From a virus, in the IMG/VR virus record IMGVR_UViG_3300045977_000235, positions 39,466 through 103,465 of that record: a stretch of 64,000 nucleotides of DNA, one strand, 5' to 3'. The translations under genes were made by a program, and so were the position numbers. The notes beneath the pieces are model-generated. The model was not told where the DNA came from, searched no databases, and was given only the letters and a program-made list of their open reading frames with translations. Every line of letters begins with the position of its first letter. Within the stretch, counting starts at the first letter, position 1. This document shows positions 62,398 to 64,000 of the stretch, one piece after another.

Positions 62398-63999
62398 CTA
62401 CACTCCTACTGTCCATCCTTGTATGGGCGAACGTGCTATCCAAGCAGAACTACTCACAGCAATAAGTTCCAGATAATCACCTACGGTTGTTGATTGAACG
62501 TATCCAGCAGCAGCAGTTACCGTTGATCCAATACGTATGGTGTCGCTAGTAAACGCACGGATACGAAGTCCTTGTGCAACTGTAACAACAAACTTAAACG
62601 TGTATCCGGCAGCAGCGGCAGGTAACGACACTTGTGCCATTGCAGTTGTATTAGCAGCCAAATACGTTCTATTTGATTCTTCTAATGCAACCGCTACATG
62701 TGGTGCAGCAATCGTTTGTGTTGTCATATTCAAATAGGCTGCTCTCGTAATAATACCGTTGCCTATTTTCGTAATCCAATTTGATTCACTTCGTATATGT
62801 AATGATCCGGTTCCTGCGGTATCATAATCTTCTACCCATAGTTGTGCCATAGCAGCAGGAGAAGTTGTCGGACGTGTTCCTGTAGAAATACCAAATACGA
62901 AAGCCCCACTTGTCCCTACTGCTGTGGCTGCTACCGGACCAAGAACCATACTTGTTGAAACGGGTATCACACGTAACACTGGCACAAAAGTCACGCCATC
63001 TACTGAGGACATTCCTCCAATTTCTACACGTGCGCTTGAACTATTTGGCGAATAGATCTGCATTTGGGAACTACCAATACCAAAACCATATTTTGCTAGT
63101 ATTGTATCATATAAATTAATTTTCTGTCCTGTCCACGTTCCAAACGATAACACACCAGTATCCAAAAGAGTCATGCGCCAAGTTGGACCAGCAGCACCTA
63201 TTGCTGTTGTTGCAAAAGCTAAACGTGTTCCTAATGTTGTTGCAGTATGTGCTTCACTTGCATATGCACGTATATATGCTGTCATGACACTTGGACTTAA
63301 ATTTGTATCATTACTATGAAAATCAATACCATTAAGTATATTATCAACAGCAATAGCCACACGTTGAGACGTTAATATAAAACCTGCATCGACTACATCA
63401 CTATTCCCTACATGAAGAGTAGTTGTTGGTGAAGATACGCCTACCCCAATAAAACCACTTTGATTAATTCGCATACGCTCTACGAGTGCCCCACTACCAG
63501 CCGGAAGAGTATAAAATAACAACGCACCCCCTGCTCGTCCACTAGCATCCACAGATTCAACAATCGAATCCATACGAGTAGCATACAAATAAGTATCCGC
63601 TGTATCAGCAGAGTTTCTAAAATAGCCTTGATGTGACCAATATCCAACTAAATCTCCCTGCAATAATTTAACAGGAACATCTTGCGTTCCACGAGATTTA
63701 CGGGTAATCATATTGAAACCCACAGCACTAGCCGCATGACATTCAAAATAGGCAGTAGCATTGACAACGTTGAAATTACCAGTAGGGACGGTCGTAAAAA
63801 AGCCTACCCTATCACCAATCACATGTTCAGCACCTGTTTCGGCCCGCAGATGGAGCGATGCCGTTCCCCCCAGCCCAACAACATCTGCGGCCCACATCTG
63901 CACCATATCAACAGGAGAAGTCGTTGGAGCAGTCCCAATATTGATCCCAAACGTAAAACTTGCTGAGGTTCCTGCATCATTTGCTGTCCCAAGTATAAT
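62398..63999 (-). CDS. Tail fibre / receptor-binding-like protein, 5' end outside the window
   Basis: Frame open to the window edge; ERMRI...G.IG.G...P...LHV fibre repeats; internal duplication GTS..F.FGI..GT.PTTSP..M.Q.W..D....GT.SLH.R.E; Gly/Ala/Thr-rich. Confidence 0.75.
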   Translation of the reverse strand: MILGTANDAGTSASFTFGINIGTAPTTSPVDMVQMWAADVVGLGGTASLHLRAETGAEHVIGDRVGFFTTVPTGNFNVVNATAYFECHAASAVGFNMITRKSRGTQDVPVKLLQGDLVGYWSHQGYFRNSADTADTYLYATRMDSIVESVDASGRAGGALLFYTLPAGSGALVERMRINQSGFIGVGVSSPTTTLHVGNSDVVDAGFILTSQRVAIAVDNILNGIDFHSNDTNLSPSVMTAYIRAYASEAHTATTLGTRLAFATTAIGAAGPTWRMTLLDTGVLSFGTWTGQKINLYDTILAKYGFGIGSSQMQIYSPNSSSARVEIGGMSSVDGVTFVPVLRVIPVSTSMVLGPVAATAVGTSGAFVFGISTGTRPTTSPAAMAQLWVEDYDTAGTGSLHIRSESNWITKIGNGIITRAAYLNMTTQTIAAPHVAVALEESNRTYLAANTTAMAQVSLPAAAAGYTFKFVVTVAQGLRIRAFTSDTIRIGSTVTAAAGYVQSTTVGDYLELIAVSSSAWIARSPIQGWTVGV

Positions 64000-64000
64000 A

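Noticed and set aside
1-64000. tRNA genes, introns/inteins, stop-codon reassignment
   Set aside because: No T-loop or cloverleaf signatures were noticed. PolA, RNR, RecA and helicase are uninterrupted and of normal length in the standard code. A by-eye scan could miss a tRNA.

Overview
This is an AT-rich segment of a large lytic dsDNA tailed phage, read in the standard genetic code. No tRNA, rRNA, CRISPR array or integrase was seen. Positions 1-2.5 kb hold a few + strand genes; nearly everything else is on the - strand. The 2.6-17 kb block is compositionally distinct and early/host-takeover-like: small paralogous ORFs, a SNF2-type helicase and a ParB-family protein, punctuated by related intergenic hairpins and bracketed by mirror-arranged non-coding motif arrays (possibly a collapsed long terminal repeat). 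The 17.7-61 kb region carries replication, recombination and nucleotide genes: family A polymerase, primase, DnaB-like helicase, RecA, SSB, RuvC, exonucleases, class II RNR, ThyX, dCTP deaminase, three DNA methyltransferases and two RNA ligases. It also holds a truncated-PPDK/two-phosphatase module and several exported proteins, including a PEP-CTERM protein. A tail-fibre-like gene runs off the right edge. The most striking feature is a 15-bp palindrome, ATTAAATWATTTAAT. I found 36 exact copies and about 12 near-copies by eye, spread across the whole window at gene junctions, at a promoter start, beside terminators and inside conserved coding sequences. Together with the ParB/CTPase-like gene, which has a copy 55 bp upstream, it suggests a phage KorB/OB- or Noc/NBS-like genome-wide binding system. 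All calls come from motif recognition by eye; no searches were run.
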